From the NCBI GenBank assembly GCA_002633005.1, contig NMRA01000166.1, positions 372,001-436,000 of the forward strand: 64,000 nt of DNA. Reading direction: 5' to 3'. Positions 11,935 to 25,125 of the stretch are shown here, piece after piece; within the stretch, counting starts at the first letter, position 1, and each line of letters starts with the position of its first letter. The translations under genes were made by a program, and so were the position numbers. This stretch comes from Phoronis australis (lineage: Eukaryota > Animalia > Phoronida). A model generated the notes under the pieces. The model did not search any database and was not told the DNA's origin. It saw only the letters and a program-made list of their open reading frames with translations.

Positions 11935-14900
11935 CAGGGTTCCTGTTTCAATGGAACAAACCTGCTGCTGTCGCTGACACGCAAATTTGAATTGTTCAAA
12001 TGTGAGCTTTTGTCTCTTACCAGGCGTCTCTTGATTTACGAACACTACTGCTCCTTGCCTTGGGTACATACGTTTTCAAGTTGTTCAGTTAAGCGACACC
12101 AAACCGGCGTGCTTTTGATGTAGACCGCTTACCGTTTATAATTGGTCTGGTCATGTTCTTTACTCGGCTTATACGTGACTTGTTCTCCGGGCCGAGAAAG
12201 AATTGACCGTTCGCTATTCCTTCAATCCCTGACCTGGAATTTTATTAGTTTGGTCGGAAAAAAGAACGAGGCCCTGATGTCGCCTCCAATTTGACAAATT
12301 TTTAAAGTGAATTTCTTCACGGTAAATGGTTTTGAGACGGAAGGCTGGTTAACAGCTCCTTCAATTAACGTGTGCTTTTACTCCTTTACCTATCCCCATT
12401 TATATGGAATAGAAGGTCCAGGTCCAGAATCAGCTCTAGCTGGAATCTTGTCATCTAACGAAACCCATCTGTGATCGAATGTTAGCTACCCCTGTAGTCG
12501 GTTGCATGAAACAGTCGCACTAGGGACTCGGCAATGTTCCCCAAGTTTTCTGCGCATTTGTAGACCAATTGTTGACTCAATAAATTAATGTTTTGTCTTC
12601 ATTGTGCACTAAAAATTTTGGAAACATAGTTATGTCTATCAGGACTGTTTACGCCCATTTCAATATTCGACTGAGCATTGCGTGTCAACATTTGTTGAAC
12701 TTGAGTGGCCTAGATAAGTTGATTGGTTAAACTCTGCTTTGTATCTTCCCCGTTTGGTTTTAAGTATGTATAGAGTCCTCCCTGTGTGTGTGTGCAGCAA
12801 GTACGCAAATAAAAAATGAATTGCTAGTGCGCTTCGAACTGTCCAGTTTTTGGCGCATCTGTTTGATGGAGCAGCGCGGTAGGCCTATATTTGTGGAACG
12901 TATAGGTTGCCACGAAAGTGGCACCAATGTAATCGCGCGAGTTTTCAAGCACTGTTAAACTAATTTTCTGGGCCGGTTGTAACCAACTTAAAAATTTGGT
13001 AATTCAATGTGCACTTTTCTTGTGTCAATTACGCTGGTGTATGAGTCCCAAGGCGTGGAGTTCTGTTGTGAAAAATGGCCCTGCTTTTTTAGGTTAAGTT
13101 CTTATGCATTAAAATGCATAGAGTGAACTTTTCGTAGGCATTGTATCAGAAAGGGCACCCTTTGAGTTTTGTGGGAATTCTGCTCATTGGCCGTGAAATA
13201 CCCACCCATCTGAGTGGCACCCCGTGTACACTACCTACATGTATATAACCCCCGGTTCTCGTTCTGATGCTGCTGTGTTGGGAATTAGTGACCGTATGTA
13301 AAAGTATGTCTAGGCATTTGATGAGTTAAGGAATAGTTTAACGTCTGGCATAATGAAGTCAATTTGATTGATGGATCGTGAACGCACTTGCGTGTGATCG
13401 ATATTCTACTTGAAAATGCAAAAAGGAAGAGGTTGATTCGTCCAGTTAAAGAGCAAGGACAATCGAAAATGTTGTCTGTAAAGGACAACCAACTTTGTAT
13501 TGCACCTTCCCACTTCAAAGCATGCCCTATGAGTGAATGAATTAAATTTTCACTTTTTTGTGAAACGCTAAACTATATATTTTTACGATGAATGTTTTTC
13601 TTATTTTTTTCACAGGGCAGTAGGAGTCACTGTTCCCACGTAACGACCGAAGGTTGGTGGTCAGTACACGATTGCTAAACCCTTGTTTTATTATTTTAAA
13701 TTGGTTTTGGATTGTTCTTGCAACTGAAACTAGTCACGATTTTGCCAGCTTTCAAAAAGTCTTAAAGATGTATTTGCGTGTTGCTAACTATGCTAATCTA
13801 TAGCAGGAACGAAACGACAAGACTATTTTAACAAAGTCTACGCTAAACAAATTTTCTTTGTATTCAGTGACAACTTGTAATTATGAAAACAAAACATCCG
13901 AGCTGGGTTGCAAAAAACTTCAAAATTATCCGCTGGATAAGTTTGACTGTTGCATGACGTCAGGTGCATTGTTCAACAATAACAACGTGGCGCGTGATAA
14001 TGCGACGTCATTGTTGCTATATAATTTCTATGCAACTGGGCCCTGCAAAACAAATAGTTGACCTTTGTTGACATACCTATTTGAGCTCGCATAGTCTTGC
14101 ACCACGTCACCATCATACATGTCCTAATTTACTGGACACAGTTCAATGCGGCGGATCATTTTCGCCACAAAACTCGTTCTTAAAAACATGTAACAATTTT
14201 CAACCTACTCCATGTTCACATGGCTGCTATACGTTGTGTTTATAACTAATTTGACCATGCAATCACAGAGATAAGGAATTAATCTGCATGTTCTACTTAA
14301 AATGTCGTGCTAAACTTTGACAAAAGCAAGTTGGTCTATTTACTGAGGGCAGTTTCATCGCATGCAATCATTGCAATGGGTACTGCCACGTGACTTTTTA
14401 CAAAATGGCCAAAAAGATGGAAACCGAAATCTTGCCACTGGTCGATCGATCGCGAGAAATTCATTGTCTTTAATTGATGAACTTTTGATTTAGATCACGT
14501 GGCACTGTAAAATTGGTCTCAACTTCTTCCTTACTCAGATGAGATTAATGGACTAATTTGCAAAGAACTGAGACACGTTCTTTATTTCTTGATAGCAGGC
14601 ACACCGATAGTGTGCCACGCCGTGACAAGCTTGAAGAGCTTGGTTTCAAGCACTATCGTACTGTCACTTCTTTGAAACGCCCTGATCACTCCAATTTGAT
14701 CATTGAACAATTTTGAGGCCAATTTGAATTTCATAACGGTATGACTAAGTGGTGACCGCTTTGAAGACTTGAAAATGAACAGTGTTACGATCCACGTAAC
14801 CTGGAGATTATCGTACTTTTCGTTTTACCCGTAAGTTACATTCGATTTAATCCTAAGAACGAGGGCTGACTGTGGCTCTTTCAGTCAACATGTTATCAGT

Positions 14901-15282
14901 TTGCGTCACCGGAAATCAAAGAACCTATAACGGAATGAATTACCGCGTGTCTGCAGTCTCATTTCCGAGCCTGTTGGCCGCTTACTTTTTGTTATCCAAT
15001 TCAACTATGAGATGGTTAGCACATGACACAAAACGTTTTTTGCAATATGGACATTTTTTTTCTAAGTCGTTGTTGACGACTTTTTAATCGCACCTTATAT
15101 CCAGCTCAGATTGATTTATAATATACTGTGACTGAATGATATATGCATCAACTTTCTTTTTGCTCTCCAGGAACCACCTCGTGATAGTCTCCAGATGTAA
15201 CGTTTTGTTTTCCCTCGCCATGCTCTGCGGGTGTCTATTTGTTAGGGAGGAGAGGTTCAAGAGAACACTCAGGAAGTCACTA

Positions 15283-15433
15283 GCCTCCCGTTCAGTAACG
15301 CTAGGACCTCGCTAAAAAGCAAGACTTCGCGAGATTACGTGAGATATTGCGTGCATTTCAAATAAGAACACATGACTTTGACAAGGTTTTAGCTAGGTCC
15401 TAGCGTAGGTCCTAGCGTCCACTGAACGCACGC
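15283..15433. mobile_element. About 150-bp MITE (Harbinger-like); family also at 36971-37272
   Basis: Inverted ends CGTTCAGTAACGCTAGGACCT...AGGTCCTAGCGTCCACTGAACG; clear similarity to two copies near 37 kb. Confidence 0.75.
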
Positions 15434-17467
15434 TAGGTGAATTGGCAAGGCGGACGTGAAAAACTAAAGTCTCCATGGGCGTGAGCGGCTAACAGATTCG
15501 AGATGTTGATCCGTAAATTTAGTGCAAAATCAACACCAAAAATAATGTAAGATGGCGACTTGTAGAAACACCGTGTTCATGTTAATGCACTTCATTGAAA
15601 TCTTCATTTGTGCATCATTTAACGACATCTCTAGGCTGACTTGATAACAATTTGAAGTTCATGAGAAATGTGTTTCAGAGCAATATCAGCCAAGTGAAGT
15701 AATCATGGACTATATTAAAAAATTACACATACTCAGAATAATGACCAGATATTCCGGTTATGTGACAGGATTGTAGGCCAAAGGGTGGTAGACCTATTGT
15801 TGTGATAAAAGAACCATTATCCTGCGTAATCAGATACAGAAAAGGTCTCAAACCGTAGTTTACACAGTCATGCGGTGACTGAACGAATCAAGATGCTTTA
15901 CTTGAATTTATCTGAAAAAAGCATTGTCGTATATGCCTGTACTTAGGGCCTAGCGCAAATATCGGAAATAATGATTTTTTCGAAGAAAAATTTACCCAAG
16001 TGTTTCGCATACACGCATACAGCAAAGAAAAACACAATTTTCGATTTTGGTACGTCCATAACGGGATTTTCCGCAAATGGGTTCCCCCTACATGTATATT
16101 TATATAACCCCACAGGCCATTTGGAGTCGCACTTAAATGTTTGTGATTCAGTTATCAGTGGATTTCGTTTACATCGTAGTGGCTAGAATCTCGTTGATGG
16201 CGATATATTTCCATCGCGACGCGAAGAATGTTATCGATCCACCACAGCATGAAGCCAAAACGAAATCTCGCGAGTGTTTTTATTTCTTCCGAACGAGAGG
16301 GACGCAACTGATGTTCAGAAACATCTACCGAACCATACGTGGGTCTGCTCGAATCCGGCCCACGAAGGACTAAAGTCGGGTGATGTTTTTTACTTAGAGT
16401 AAGATGGATGCGATAAAACGAGGAAAGCTGTTGTGTATGACAAAATATTGTTTTATTTTTTCAACAAACATGTGCATTGCAAGACAGTAATTTCATTACA
16501 AAAAGTTAAGTTACATAATGGGTTCATTTGTCGCTAGGCAACGATTCCCTTGTGCATTGTGTGAACTCTTTTAATTTCACTTTGACTTAACACTACACTC
16601 TTCATTATGAACTTATTTCCAACAACCACGCAATTTCAAGAAAATCACTCGATTTCTGAGCCCTTTGTCGGCAGCAGTCACTTACAGGGGTCCCAGATTT
16701 AGAGAACCGATTTGATGCCCGAGTTATTCAGTGAAGAAAATTGGTTCTCAAAATGCAGGACCCAAGTAAGCAACTGTTACTATTTTTACAACAGCTTCAC
16801 GAATCAAGAGGGACACTTCACTTTACTCACAGAATAAATGACCGTCATTTGGATAACAGACATTACTGGCCGATGAATGTTACAAGGCTCTGAACAAACA
16901 TTAAAAAGTACCAAGGAGAGGGGCGTGCAATGTTCATTTAAAGAAACTAATCTCCCAGCATTTAGGCCGTTCGCTTCGAAAGCTTGAACAATCGGATGCA
17001 CTGGGACACGTTCCACTAGCGAAAACGATAAGTTTTAACCAGAGGCAGAATACGGAAATTAGCACTTGAGGAGTATTTAATGCACAAGTGGCACCGCGGT
17101 CTTGAATCCACGGTGCTCTTTTCGGGGAAGTGCCTCCCGTATTTAAAGCACGACGCAGATTTTTACAAAAGTTTGTTTGAAGTTTACACTGGGTTAATAA
17201 GAGTATTTCACAAGGCGACCAAAAATTGAAAAATAATAACCAACCACCTGTTGTAGTTGCCGCTAGTGTCTATACCAGTAAAACACAATTCTTGACTATT
17301 GCAAAGACTCTCGGACCACTGCGGAACGGACCTCAGTTCTAACAACACCCGAACTTCCCAGGTAAATGACAGATGGAAAATGGTTTGACTATGTAGAAAA
17401 CTGATGAGCATATGGATACCAAGGAAGTTAGCCAGGTATTGGAGGTTTACGTGTTTGATCACGTTGT

Positions 17468-18826
17468 TTAATATGTCCTATCGCCTCGGTTCACAGTTCT
17501 CATACGGAGAGGCCATAAAAGTGTCTCTTTCCCACTGTAGTCACTACTTTCACTCTCGTTGTTGTTGCTTTTTGTGCTCTGCGATGAACAATTTGCAGGT
17601 TTTGTGGAGTCTTCTATTTCTGAAATGAAAATGGCCAGTTCATTAAAAAAATGCAAACAATTAGTGTTCCTGATTAAAAAAACCCGTACATAGTGAATGA
17701 ACTATTTTTACTCCCTCGAATTTCATTTTTTTTGCAAAAATTGGCATGCTATCTGCCTATCTATTACGTTTTCCACAACATTCAATTTATTTACAAGTCA
17801 ACACGCACTGTGCTGCATCAAATGAAAGACTGTGACACATCAAGTTTCACAGTCTTCTTTATTTTCGTGTTTATATCAAAATGCGGTTATCAAAATGTGG
17901 CCAAAACTGGAACGTCAGCACACCCTTTACATGAATTTCCAGTCCAGGTACAATAACAACTCTTTTGATTTGGTGGTTTCATGCCAGCTTTCAGTGACCA
18001 GATTCAGAAACAGTGCTCACAATCCAGAATTATATCAATGTAAACATTTTGTCAAAGCAGCAAAATTTGTCACGTGACGGTCAACCTCCAGAATATGGTA
18101 AACAAATATGCCCAAACACAAGGACTGCCAATACGGTTATGTAAAGTCGGGTAAATTTATTGCAGTGAAGTCTGTCAAAAATCTCATATAAGGTAATCAA
18201 TAATTTGGCAGACTGAGAGTATCGCTTATCACTTCTTTAACAGAACCTGTTTCACGAATTTTCGGCAACTTGCCCAAGGATGCTTTAGTAGCGCAGTAGA
18301 GAATAGTATCTATGACTTGACCGACTTGCCAAATTCACAGAAACCTCAAGTGAACCTTAGCACAAACCGTAGCAAAGTAAACATGTTTGTGTGATCTCAA
18401 CACTGAGTCAGGAGACCGGACCCAGGATGCGCTGGTGTTGAGAGTCCAACACGTTAAGTTGTTGAACCAGAAATAAGACAGTAAATAAAAAAGTGCTGCA
18501 AAGCAAAATAATATGTGTACGCGTGCATTGTGTAGATTGCAGTGAATGCCAACAATGGCTATGACAAGACGCAACAACTCTTAGTCGAACATCTAGAAAT
18601 CTAAAATGCAGGCAAAAAAACTAAGCCACTGGTTTTACAATGCCAAATATTTACCTAGACTCGTATGTGCTTTTGTTGATCCTAAGAAGTTGTTGAGAAT
18701 CACTGTGACCAGCCTGGCGCATACGAATATGAGTCCAGTGTATACAACACAAAATACAAGAGCGACAACCCCAGTCACCTCCGGAAACTGTTTTATCGAT
18801 GAAATTGCTTCCAATTTTCTCTTCAT
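17468..18826 (-). CDS. Candidate two-exon gene for a 107-aa single-pass membrane protein (exons 18826-18655 and 17619-17468)
   Basis: ACCAAGATGAAG start context, hydrophobic stretch VTGVVALVFCVVYTGLIFVCA, donor CTAG|GTAAAT and acceptor TTTTCATTTCAG both phase 1, Ser/Asn-rich second exon ending in TAA. No homology recognised. Confidence 0.35.
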
Positions 18827-21800
18827 CTTGGTTTTAGGTACTTTGCGCCAGGTTACTTTTCGATCCTTAACCAATGAGAGACGTTTCCCGTCTCCGAAAA
18901 CACCGCGAGAGTCAGTAACGAATAAGTATAAAACATACAATCCCGAGTACACGTACTGAACGCGATACAAGTCACGAACAGCTGATGTCTCGTTTCACAG
19001 CAAGTTCAATGTCCTCACTACGACTAATGAGTAAACAACCTCCCTTTTGGACGCCAGATCAAAATTCTGTTCTTTCCGTGGCAAACACGTAGGTGTTTGT
19101 TTCAATTCCTTTGTAACCGTATGTGTCAGTACATGAAACTCCGTCTAAATTTATTAAAAAGTGTTTCACGTGTGGGTTGTGACCGTCTTTATTGCTGGCG
19201 TAATACAGACAAGTCCATTATCAGGCTAGGGGGTAGACAGGGTGACAGGTTTATCTTTTGACGTTATAGCAAAGATAGTGATAAAAATCATACAAATTAT
19301 AGACTATTAAAAACGTACCACCATCTACTGTTTTCATTATGGCTTCGAATATTTTAAAGTTTAAATTTTTACCTGTGTTTTAATATCAAAATGGCGAAAA
19401 CACAGCATACCTCACACTACCACACCCCCTTTAATGAGTAGGATAAAGTCCAATAGCCCACAGTCGGCACCACACGAATCGAGCACATGAACAAATCAGA
19501 GCATTGACATACTTAGCGCATTGTGTTCACGAGACAACCACGCGTGATGCTTATCGGGGGTGTTTTCCGCGGAAATTCCGTGACATAGGCTTATTCAATC
19601 GTCCAAGTAAAGCCTCAGTCGACTCGAAAGTTTCAGTGCAGAGAGTTTTTCATGAAGCAGCATCGAAATCAACGTTAAAATTTGATGCTTAAATTTCTCT
19701 CACTGAATTCGTTGCATTAAAACTACATATCGCTCTGTTTAGCTCAGTGGCAAAGTAACGAAAATCGGAATTGGACCTTTTACTCTCATCAACATTAACT
19801 TTAATTTTGACTCGACTTGTGGAGCAATCTCGCGTTTCTGTCGTAACTGAAAATGTTTAACTGCAAATTACTAATTTAGCATAAAATAAACCAATGAAAG
19901 CAGCTGGCGTTTATCACGGTGTATACAAGCAGTTTGGCAACGTATGCTAAGTCTGCGAACTGGTGTTCTTCTCGTTGACCAACCACTTCAGGACTTGCGT
20001 GAACAACCTCTCGATTAGTGTCGGTCTGGTCAGAGTAGGAACAGAGATCGATAGCCAGCTATGTGCATGAAGTCTGAGTCATGATTCATCCCCTGTTAGC
20101 GGCACTGCGTTCAAAGATCATGCGCGGCGACTCAGTTTCCTCGGCGCCGGACAGAGGCTCTGCCGCATACTTATGAAAACAACATTCAATCGCCATTCCG
20201 GATACTAATGTAACCAGGCTTTGAAAATTGCAATTATGGAAGTTATTAGTCACACAAGTATGAAATTGAAGGGTTTTCGCCGTTGAATGAACTGGTAAAA
20301 AGGAACTCGGTTCAGACAAAACCCTGAGAAAACCGCGGCTTCCTTCACCGTGACTTTTAACGACTTTCCCGTTTATCTGCTAGATAAAAAGGTTATCCGT
20401 CAGAAAATTCTTTGCAATTAGGAAAAGGTATGAGACTAATTAAGACTAATCTTCAGCTATTCAACCGTTGGTGTTTGCATGAAATTTGCATCCAGTAAAA
20501 TTGAGTGCAGCCTACGAAGGTGACACATTCAGTTCATAAAATAGAAATCCTACTTGAACACGAATATTGATTCAATTTTAACTACAATGAAATTGTTCAG
20601 CTTCTTGTATAAGATTTTCAACATAAAGGATAAATGCATATATTCCACCTATATCCACTGGATTTAGGCCCTGGAAGAGCTTAGTGACATACTTTTCAAT
20701 GGGAAAAATATAGCTCATTGATTGTTTCAATGATCAGGTTTGAAGCCACTCTGATCGTATGATCAAACTTTCAGATATTATGCTTTATGCGAAGTACATT
20801 ACAAAACGCTAGGAGTTGTTTTTGGAATGTTCCTCTTGACAGGCTACCAACAGGAATTTTATGATTTTGTACAAACAAAAAGTTGCATAAAACGAAACGA
20901 TAATTCAGAAAAACTGCAACAGTGTTTTTGAGATTTCATCTTCTTTTATATCGAACAAAATTTGGCCATGTTATTGTTACTGTTGTTTTGCAATGAATGT
21001 ACCTTCTTTTTGGTCTGAAATAACATGGTCACCTAATTAATGAGAGATTGATATGCAGTTAAAATTTACAGAGGCTTGCTACTTTCAGAAAATATATTCA
21101 CACGAGTCAACACCTATAGTTAAGTGTATGATAAGCTACGCTACACAGACATGTCCATAAGTGAGATCTTACACAACATTCCGTCAAGACTTGAAAGTCT
21201 GTAAGTACACGTAACTCTGTAATCTGCGTAAACAGGCAAAACAACGTGAGAAGTAAACAGCCTAAGGCCTAGGTTGCCTGATCCACTCACTCGTTGTCTG
21301 ACACACTCTGAGCACGTGCCCCGCCACTCATCTTTTACGAAAGGACACACTGAGACTGACATGCGTGGACCATGGATCACGCACCTCGGGCCCAGTAGTC
21401 TGGAAAATTAAAGTGACACTTTAGACCACTTGAATGTCATCAAGAAGCACTTTCAAAGATACCCGACGTGTTATATTGAATATACGTGAAATAAAGTTAT
21501 GATACCATGGTATGATTATTATTGTTATTAAATATTTCTGCTATGTACGTTCTGACGCTACTGACATGTTGTAATAGTGTCCAGTGTATGAGGATCTGAG
21601 GAGAAAGTTTGATATTTGTCATAATATTTGAAAGTTCAATGGCGACGTCTTCATTCATTTCATGAACTGCAATTTTGGAGGCTTAGCGCGCATGATTGAC
21701 CAACTTTTATTACAAATATTTCAGTTTAATTCCCTATATTATGTCACATCTACTTTCATTGCTGATTACATACTTGCATACAATGTATGAGTAGATGAGC

Positions 21801-21992
21801 AAAATGCCTAAGTACTGAAATGAACTATATTAATATCAATAATTTTGTTATCATTAATATAATTATTATTATTGACATCACTATAACTGCATGTTGCTGG
21901 TATTGTACATGTGCTATCATTAAGACCAATACCACATCTTTTAAAATATGTTCGTACTATCACCAAACACTCTGCGGTTGCAATACTGTACC

Positions 21993-22240
21993 CCAGTGTC
22001 GCATTAACGTCTTTCCGGGACCCTGGGGCTCTTGTACAATTTCTACCTTTTGTCACAATTTTCGCTGAACTGTCACCCTTTTGAGGGGCCCCTGTGGCAA
22101 CGAGACGCTTCCCAATTTTCCGCACTTCCACTGGTCGCCACAACTTTTGAGCAAGCGGTGGCCGCTGGTTTTTCTCTTTTTATATGGTCGTGTTAGTAGG
22201 GGGCCCGGGTTCCCTGCCCTTTCGCTACATTTGCCTATCC
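21993..22240. mobile_element. GC-rich hAT-like MITE (GGGCCC-type), boundaries approximate
   Basis: Starts CAGTGTCGCATTAACG, contains GGGGCCCC/GGGCCCGGG motifs like the MITE at 39743-39927; interrupts AT-rich pseudogenic sequence. Confidence 0.45.
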
Positions 22241-22249
22241 ATTGTGCTC

Positions 22250-25125
22250 TGCAATTGTTGTACTTTCTGGACAATTTGAAGAGCTAACAGTAATTGGTGT
22301 TTGAGGCCGCATTGGATGACCCGATGGTTGGTCAAGGAAATTTACGGGACCTGGTACAGACTGAATAACAAAATGTCAGTTTTTGGATAAGAATACGATT
22401 AACAGCAGCTTCAATGTTGTACTTCTTAGCCTCAACGTGATATGACGATGATAACATCAAAACTTTGCCTGAGCAAGTTAGTGCTTTATTTTGGCTTCTG
22501 GTTTTTTAAGTGCGTCCCCAGGCATACATATGGAAATCTCCGATCACAAGTGTTGTACTGATCATCGAGAGAACAGGAGTAGACTGGTACATCCAGTGTC
22601 GGATAATCCATTAAGCTACATACTGAAGTTACTGCTTGGGGCCTACGCAAAGTGGAGCCCCATCTTTTCAAGGGGTACTAAAAATTGTGTCGACCGGGCA
22701 GTCCATTAAGATAAGAAAGCTGCAGCAAATGTCCTCGCTTTGGCACGAAATAAGGCTGGCCCTGTCTCGTTCATTTTACAGCTGACAGTCAGGTAAATTT
22801 GTGTGTGACCGAATGAATACCTGCTAGTGCTTTACTATACCACACTGCATATTGGGCCTATCCATAAAAACTTCTTGCCTTCAATTAACTCCTCCATCTG
22901 GTGTGGGTTCACCTTTTCGCTAATAACCTGCATTATTCCATATACATGTGAGTGCGATCATGAAACACAACATCAAATCAGATTCAAATTCTGGAAATTA
23001 TGTATTTCACTGTAGATCCACAATTCTCTTTATAGGCACAATCTCTAGTGGAATAAAATCCCTTCCAATACATTTCTTGAAGACTTTGATGTGTGTACCC
23101 TAGATGAAATGGAAGAACAGATGTGGCAACCACAACTCAGTGTACACAATGACTTTCCTGTACAAAATCTTCTAACTTGACAGCTCTGGGTCTGCTTACA
23201 AAAATGTCATTAGTTATCCTAATCCTCATTTAATCTGAAATGTCTTTCTTCTTATTGAATTCAAGATAGGATATAGTTATTTTGCATTTGTAAGAATGTT
23301 GATAACACATAATGTACTAGTGGTCCACTGCCACATGCATCTGATCAATTCCTTGCTTAGCTAGACTTATTTTGCACAATCTCCATTGTAGTTCACCACA
23401 TACTTGAGAGGCAATTTTTGTTTTTGCTAGTGTTTCCTGAGGTATTCCCACTCACACATTGTGTTTGTTTTGAATTGATAATGTCATTTTGCTTAGATTG
23501 GGTGTCCTAGTTTGTATATTCTGTTTCTTCACCTATATTTTAAAAGGTATGCAGCTGCAGCATATATGTACAACACAGACTATCTGGAGCCACTGGTTAG
23601 GAAGATGACATTGTCGGACGGCAACTTACACTACGTGGATTACACAGCATGCTTCAACAGATACTGCCTTCGCCTAATTTTGTCCAGGTATTTCGTCATA
23701 TACCTTGAATTATTTGAAAGTCCTGCGTGACTGCATAATATGTACTGCAAATGGTGTCGATGGGGACAACACTGGAATTTTTTGCCTGTATAAGTTGTGA
23801 GTTGCGTTCCACAATTCATCCTTGATGTTTACGTTGTGAGTACTATGTATTTTTCATACAGTTGCTGTTCTAATGGTTTGGAATAGTCTTTTTGTTTGCA
23901 GCTTCTCTTTGATGTTGACTGTATTTTAGAAAAGGCCTGCCTGATACTAACACGTGAAAATGATTTGCTCCCCTCACTTTTGAGATGCACCAATCATGTC
24001 CCTATATCAACTGTGCTGTTAACCCATGTCGATACCAAACTTTTTGATTCGTGAACTGTGCTCTACATCGGTTCTTGAAGGCGAGTGTGACTAACACTTT
24101 AGAAAAGGATGACAAATGTTACATGTGGACAGATGATGAATTTACATCCATTGTCTTTTGAGAATAATTCACTCACGCTTTCTACTTTCAGTCCTTCTGT
24201 TTTGCAAACTAGCATTTCCGAACATGGATATACTGCACATGCTCCAGTCAATAGAACCAAGAAGGACCTGGTGGGAATGTTGCTTCAAATTAATAGAGAA
24301 AAGACCAAAATTTACATCCCTGAAGAGTATCACGTGCTGCTTGATGGTCATAATACTTGTAAATATCATTTATGCACTTGCACTTGTCTGTCATTTATTG
24401 TTATAGGGAAACCATACTTTTTTAAACATCTGTATGTTGTGTTATCATTCAAAAACCAAAAAACGGGAAAAATTATATGAATTGTATATGAGTACTGTGC
24501 CTCATATTCCAGATTACTCGTCTTCCTATCTCAAAGACCCATCCACAAAATGAGAGTCGAAATTGTAAAAAACTTTCTGTAAAAATTCAGTGCCAAGCGT
24601 GCTTTCTGAATTATACCATTCTGTTTTACTAATGAGGGTAGCCTGAGCAAACGCATTCAGTCCAGTCATAGGAAGCAAAGATCTATGTATTCTTACAAAG
24701 AAGGTGTGAATTGTATTTTCAAAAATCTCAAAGAATTCTGCAACCATCTCAAAGAGCATTCCATCACATCTTCTACATTTGAGGATAAAGGTGCTCGTTT
24801 GTCTCGTATGTCTCACTTTCCAATTAAAAAACTTCAAGACTTGTCGAATTCCAAGAACCTGGTTTGGCAAATATAACTGCAAAGCAAAAAACTTTCCTTC
24901 AAAGTATAGGCCAAAAACAAGTCTGAAACATTTCTTCTGTTCCGTATGTAACTTAGAATATAAGAGCCCAGATGAGGGAATTCAACCATCCATTCAATGT
25001 GACAGATGATACAACTGGTTTCACTTTAAATATGAAAATGTTATTGAGGACAATCCACCTCCCTCTGAGGTGGAATGGTTTTGTCTAGCGTGTAACTCCA
25101 GCATACAATCAAATATAACTTAAGA
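22250..25125 (+). pseudogene. Decayed multi-exon ORF ending in a PHD finger, probably transposon-encoded
   Basis: About 24935-25095 reads CSVCNLEY...IQCDR*YNWFHFKYENV...EWFCLAC, a C4HC3 PHD pattern with two Cys lost (TGA, TAT); upstream protein-like segments with splice-like boundaries and TGA stops consistent with CGA>TGA decay. Confidence 0.6.

Larger units (their letters stand above)
9300..12140 (-). pseudogene. Probable decayed acyl-CoA synthetase (AMP-binding, ACSF2-like) pseudogene, split by nested transposons
   Basis: Minus-strand fragments VYIKSTP..LTEQLE / YP..AVVFVNQETPGKRQKLTFEQF / TAAGL (about 12130-11945) resemble the N-terminus of AMP-binding enzymes; a TSG-like remnant lies near 9420-9435; many stops and frameshifts. 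Recognition by eye only. Confidence 0.35.

Noticed and set aside
13902-14043. Short palindromic Harbinger-like MITE
   Set aside because: The left TIR is too degenerate to define boundaries or a TSD.
15551-15840. ATG-initiated signal-peptide-like ORF (MATCRNTVFMLMHF...)
   Set aside because: Stops after 30 codons, no recognisable family, and no supported splice path from the nearby acceptor-like sites (about 13616, about 15170).
19732-19800. tRNA A-box-like TAGCTCAGTGG
   Set aside because: No B box (GTTCGA) at the proper distance and no cloverleaf.
21860-22671. Minus-strand C-type-lectin-like snippets (TCDRRFPYVC; IGLND)
   Set aside because: The motifs are in the wrong order, there is no WND or splice structure, and the plus strand carries the more coherent decayed reading frames.
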